Assembly: GCA_965644295.1 (NCBI GenBank)
Contig: CBFFRP010000204.1
Coordinates: 12,354-76,353, forward strand
Origin: Paraphysomonas bandaiensis
Lineage: Eukaryota > Protista > Chrysophyceae
Direction of reading: 5' to 3'
DNA length: 64,000 bases
The notes beneath the pieces were generated by a model. That model made no database searches, was not told the DNA's origin, and was given only the letters and a program-made list of their open reading frames with translations. Shown piece after piece: positions 60,423 through 64,000 of this stretch (its first letter is position 1; each line of letters starts with the position of its first letter). Made by a program: the position numbers and the translations under genes.

Positions 60423-61781
60423 ATGTCAGGATTACCAAAAAACGTATTATACACAAATAATATAAATTCAAGTTACGCGCGTAATTATCAGAATAATATA
60501 GCTCCACAAAATGGTTTGGGGCCATATGGTCCAGGAGAAACAATAATTATTAATATTCCTACCGGTCGTAATCTCGTAATGTCTGGTGCTGATTCACTTT
60601 TAAAATTAAGCTTGATTGCTAAAAATTCAGCGGGAGCTGCTGCCCAGTTCATCAGACTGGATAAGGCCGGTATTCATTCCCTAATATCTAGGGTGCGTGT
60701 GTTTCATGGCTCTACTTTACTTTCAGATATCCAAAATTATAATAATCTAGTTGGTCAGTTAATGGCTTTGCAACAATCTAATGACGCATATACGAATAAG
60801 CATTCAATTTTATCAGGCACAGAAGCGCATAACATCCTTCATGCTACTGTAAATGCCTCGAGAAATATTACCGTTGGCGAAGGTTTGGGCAATTATGCCA
60901 CAATTGCTGCAAGTGCCAGCACAACTAAAAGATATTATACGATACCAATAATGAATTTTTTAAGCTACAGTGATAAATATATCCCACTTTTCGCAATGAC
61001 CGGCGCGCCTTTACGTCTAGAGATAACTCTCGTAAACAATGCCTTAGAGGGTCTAAATTGTGCTAGGGCATTGGATGCAACCGACCCTATAATAGTTAAT
61101 GATGTTGAATATGTTTGTAATTTTATGGAGCTATCAGATGATGCAATGGGTACAATTAATAAGGCTTCAAATGGTGGACCTATAAAATGGGTTGTACAAG
61201 ATTATAGAAATTATTCACACACTGCTAATATTTCTCCTAATGTTGAGCTTTCCGTGCCTGTGCCTGCTAAATTCAACTCGTTGCGGTCTCTCTTTTTTAG
61301 TATGCGCAGTAAGCATGGTGGTGCAGTTACTTTTTTCCCTCTGTCTTCAAATCACTTCGGCCTAGAGTCATATACTGTTAGATTAGGTAGTAAAACAGTA
61401 CCAACTAAAGCGCCTAGCTCCACGCCTGAATTTTTCGGCGAATTGGTCAGAGCAATTGGTAGCATAAGTGATTTAAACCATGAACCGAGTATTAATATTC
61501 ATAGTTATAACGTTCAAAATCCTGTCGCAAGTACCGAAACAGCAGCAGATGCTAAAGGGGTTCCGTCATCTTCCAATTTTTACTTAGGTTTAGATTTGGA
61601 AAGTTACAGCAGCTCAGGTATGGAAACAGTTTACCAAGGCTATAATTCTAGCACTGATGACATATTTTTTAACCCTCGTTTTAGCTCATCCGCTAGTAAT
61701 GTGACCGCACGCATAGACACATACGCTTATTTTGATCAAGTTATTTTGATTGAGAACGGATTTGCAACATTGCAATATTAA
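60423..61781 (+). CDS. PLV major capsid protein (double jelly-roll)
   Basis: 452 aa, beta-rich. GETIIINIP, SLISRVRVFHGSTLLSDIQNYN, KYIPL...PLRLEITL, SLRSLFF, FYLGLDLESYS...QGYNS and TYAYFDQVILI match the pattern of PLV MCPs. Confidence 0.87.
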   Translation: MSGLPKNVLYTNNINSSYARNYQNNIAPQNGLGPYGPGETIIINIPTGRNLVMSGADSLLKLSLIAKNSAGAAAQFIRLDKAGIHSLISRVRVFHGSTLLSDIQNYNNLVGQLMALQQSNDAYTNKHSILSGTEAHNILHATVNASRNITVGEGLGNYATIAASASTTKRYYTIPIMNFLSYSDKYIPLFAMTGAPLRLEITLVNNALEGLNCARALDATDPIIVNDVEYVCNFMELSDDAMGTINKASNGGPIKWVVQDYRNYSHTANISPNVELSVPVPAKFNSLRSLFFSMRSKHGGAVTFFPLSSNHFGLESYTVRLGSKTVPTKAPSSTPEFFGELVRAIGSISDLNHEPSINIHSYNVQNPVASTETAADAKGVPSSSNFYLGLDLESYSSSGMETVYQGYNSSTDDIFFNPRFSSSASNVTARIDTYAYFDQVILIENGFATLQY

Positions 61782-61866
61782 ATTTATAAAAAACCTTTAG
61801 ATTATTAAAAAAATAAAAAATTAAAAAATTTATTATTTAAAAAAATAATATATATTGTGTATATTA

Positions 61867-63360
61867 ATGAGTACAACAGAGAATTTCCAAGAGTTTGATT
61901 TAGAACACCTTGATAACCTGACCTTTGAACAGTCTAAAGCTTATGTAACAAGTTATTTTTTTCCACTTACGAACGGCATGCATGCTCACAGGTCAGGAAT
62001 TAAATCATTTAGCATTATGAAACACCGTGAAATTAAAGAAACTTTTTTTAATAGAATGGATAGAAGAATAAGTAAATATTATTTCAATGAATTTAAAGGG
62101 CTTCGCACTATTGTTTTTGAACTAAATAAACCTTTATTGCCTGATAAAAAGAAATTAAATTTATGCGCGCAGTATATTCACGACTATAAGCCATATGAAG
62201 ATTTTGACAATAAGAAGACTAAAGAAGGCGTTCAAGTATTTTTAACATACATAAAAGAAATTTTAGCCTCTAATAATGTGGATCAATATGATTATTTATT
62301 AAAATGGTTTGCTAATATGATAAAAGGGAATAAAAACGAATCTATTATATACTTAAAAGGACCTCAAGGTATAGGCAAGTCCACTATATCCCAATTTTTA
62401 CATTCTTTCGTTCTTGGTCGTGATTTATGTTTAGAAGCTGGCGCAGATGTTTTGACTAGTCGTTTTAATTCTGGATTGTCCGGGAAATTATTCGTATATT
62501 TTGAAGAAATAGAAAAGCTTACACGTGCAGATTGGGACGCTGTTAACACTAAATTAAAAAGATACAGTACGTCCGACGTGTACATGATAGAAAAAAAGGG
62601 AGAACCAACGATACAAGTCAAGAACCTTAACAATTATTTAATTAATTCAAATGTTGATAATTTAAAAGAAGATAACGGCCGACGTATATTTATATGTGAT
62701 ATAAGTTGTAAAAAACGGAACGATATGCATTATTTTGAAAATGTAAGAAAGAAATGTTTTAATAATGAGGTAGGAAATGCTTTTTATTGTTACTTGATGG
62801 ATTATAACACTAAAAATTTTTATAGTCAAAACTTTCCAATTACACAAAATAAATTAGACGCATATTGTAAAAGACTAAATAACATTGAGACGTTTTTAAA
62901 AGATGAATTTATATTGAAAAGGTTGCCTATTGATTGTGTTCCTGTTAGTGATCTTCACAATCATTATATTCAATATTGTGAAGAGAAAGCAGTTAGAAAC
63001 ATAAAGCATAAAATAGAATTTAATAAGATGATGACAGAATTAAATTTTAATCACACGCGCAAGGTTATAGGTAAATCTAAAAAAAATGTATATAATATTT
63101 CATTAGAAGAATTAGATAAAGTTGCTGAATCTTTGCACTGGATCCACGAATTAGACGAGTATGACGATGTAGAGATTGAAGATAATACCAACACTATTAA
63201 AGGCGCCATTAAAAAGATTAGTAATAAACAAAGCGATAAACAAAGCGATAAAACAGATGATGATACAGACACAGATACAGATGATGATGAAGATGAAACA
63301 CCCCGTGTAAGTCAGAAGACAGTGAAAGATATAATGAAAACTTACGGAATAAATATTTAA
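61867..63360 (+). CDS. PLV superfamily 3 (D5-like) helicase/NTPase
   Basis: Walker A GPQGIGKS, Walker B VYFEE, motif C INSN, arginine finger GRR, helical YLLKWFA region, wHTH-like C-terminus and acidic tail. Confidence 0.88.
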   Translation: MSTTENFQEFDLEHLDNLTFEQSKAYVTSYFFPLTNGMHAHRSGIKSFSIMKHREIKETFFNRMDRRISKYYFNEFKGLRTIVFELNKPLLPDKKKLNLCAQYIHDYKPYEDFDNKKTKEGVQVFLTYIKEILASNNVDQYDYLLKWFANMIKGNKNESIIYLKGPQGIGKSTISQFLHSFVLGRDLCLEAGADVLTSRFNSGLSGKLFVYFEEIEKLTRADWDAVNTKLKRYSTSDVYMIEKKGEPTIQVKNLNNYLINSNVDNLKEDNGRRIFICDISCKKRNDMHYFENVRKKCFNNEVGNAFYCYLMDYNTKNFYSQNFPITQNKLDAYCKRLNNIETFLKDEFILKRLPIDCVPVSDLHNHYIQYCEEKAVRNIKHKIEFNKMMTELNFNHTRKVIGKSKKNVYNISLEELDKVAESLHWIHELDEYDDVEIEDNTNTIKGAIKKISNKQSDKQSDKTDDDTDTDTDDDEDETPRVSQKTVKDIMKTYGINI

Positions 63361-63409
63361 AAAAATAAAAAATAATTTATTTAAAAAATTAATATATAAA
63401 TATATATTA

Positions 63410-63664
63410 ATGAGAGATAAATTTATAGTAGAAGTATATGATAATAATAATAATCTGATTACATCACAAAACTTTACATCCTATAAGGCAATAGCACAGG
63501 AATACGATATACAATATTCAGAAGCTAGGAAACTTAACGCTTTATGTGAGTCACGTACAACATGTAAATACTTACATCCATCATTAAAGCGACTGATTAA
63601 CAGAATAAAAATTTATGATATTAATAATATAAATAATTATGATATTAAAAAAATAAAAATTTAA
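63410..63664 (+). CDS. PLV small protein, possible NUMOD1/HTH-like DNA-binding domain
   Basis: VEVYDNNNNLITSQNFTSYKAIAQEYDI; shares its upstream motif with the helicase gene. Confidence 0.6.
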   Translation: MRDKFIVEVYDNNNNLITSQNFTSYKAIAQEYDIQYSEARKLNALCESRTTCKYLHPSLKRLINRIKIYDINNINNYDIKKIKI

Positions 63665-63696
63665 TTATTTAAAAAATTAATATATAGTTTATATTA

Positions 63697-64000
63697 ATGG
63701 ACAAATATAAATATGAAAAGATTGATGAGAAGGACTTTGAAAACTCAGTTGAAATCACGATCAGATTTAGACACAGAAAGAAAGGCAAAGAATTAGACGT
63801 TCCCGATATGTACTTTTTACATGATATGATTGAGGAAAACTTACCCGAAGATGCCAATACAATGGTTAGAGCGTTAAACGGTCACAGATACTTTACATTT
63901 AAAGGGTATAACAGCTATAATATAAGGGTTCAGGATTTTGAAAATTATTATAAAGGCACAGTTGAGGAAATGGATAAATTTGAGAAGTTTGAATTTATTG
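63697..64000 (+). CDS. PLV hypothetical protein, partial (runs off the window)
   Basis: Open frame MDKYKYEKIDEKDFENSVEITIRF... preceded by TATTTAAAAAATTAATATATA...TATATTAATG. Confidence 0.7.
   Translation, partial: MDKYKYEKIDEKDFENSVEITIRFRHRKKGKELDVPDMYFLHDMIEENLPEDANTMVRALNGHRYFTFKGYNSYNIRVQDFENYYKGTVEEMDKFEKFEFI

Larger units (their letters stand above)
55550..64000 (+). mobile_element. Endogenous Polinton-like virus (PLV), continues beyond the window; left boundary approximate, gene block starts at 57446
   Basis: Abrupt switch to AT-rich, intron-less, tightly packed co-oriented ORFs encoding MCP, minor capsid protein and SF3 helicase, with shared upstream motifs. The 18-mer ATATACTTATATATGGAC occurs at both 55741 and 58982. 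Confidence 0.88.

Noticed and set aside
57446-64000. Bacteriophage or bacterial contamination
   Set aside because: No Shine-Dalgarno pattern; ATGs follow AT-only motifs; capsid genes fit PLV types. A chimeric join still needs read-level exclusion.
57446-64000. Canonical Maverick/Polinton or Lavidaviridae virophage call
   Set aside because: No pPolB, rve integrase or cysteine protease in the window, and the 452-aa MCP looks PLV-like. Classification needs the rest of the element.
1-64000. tRNA or rRNA genes
   Set aside because: None recognised by eye; a tRNAscan/Infernal run would be needed to exclude them.

Overview
Eukaryotic genomic DNA with the standard code and many short (about 40-60 nt) spliceosomal introns. 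The gene set and transposon types suggest a stramenopile/ochrophyte, possibly a chrysophyte (inference). Positions 1-55.5 kb hold about 14 host genes: WD40, a secreted GT61-JmjC fusion, a SAM methyltransferase, WDCP, a stand-alone PPDK N-terminal module, FHA-RINGv-FHA, ELP6, HYOU1/GRP170, a secreted cupredoxin, PAP2, a BART-NYN-cold-shock fusion, a NEK kinase, Mic19-like and ABHD11-like. These are interleaved with decayed Copia, Gypsy and hAT elements, MITEs, a young 3.7-kb long-TIR DNA transposon with two divergent genes, and a 0.95-kb (CATA)n tract. The standout feature runs from about 55.55 kb to the window end. It is an AT-rich, intron-less, apparently intact endogenous Polinton-like virus (PLV) with a double-jelly-roll major capsid protein, a penton-like minor capsid protein, a basic core-like protein, an SF3/D5-type helicase and small ORFs. 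It also carries its own promoter motifs (TCTA exactly 16 nt before both capsid ATGs), conserved hairpins, iteron-like terminal repeats and a duplicated gene cassette. It appears to be nested in a hAT remnant and itself interrupted by a degraded piggyBac-like element. All family assignments come from motif recognition by eye; no database searches were run.
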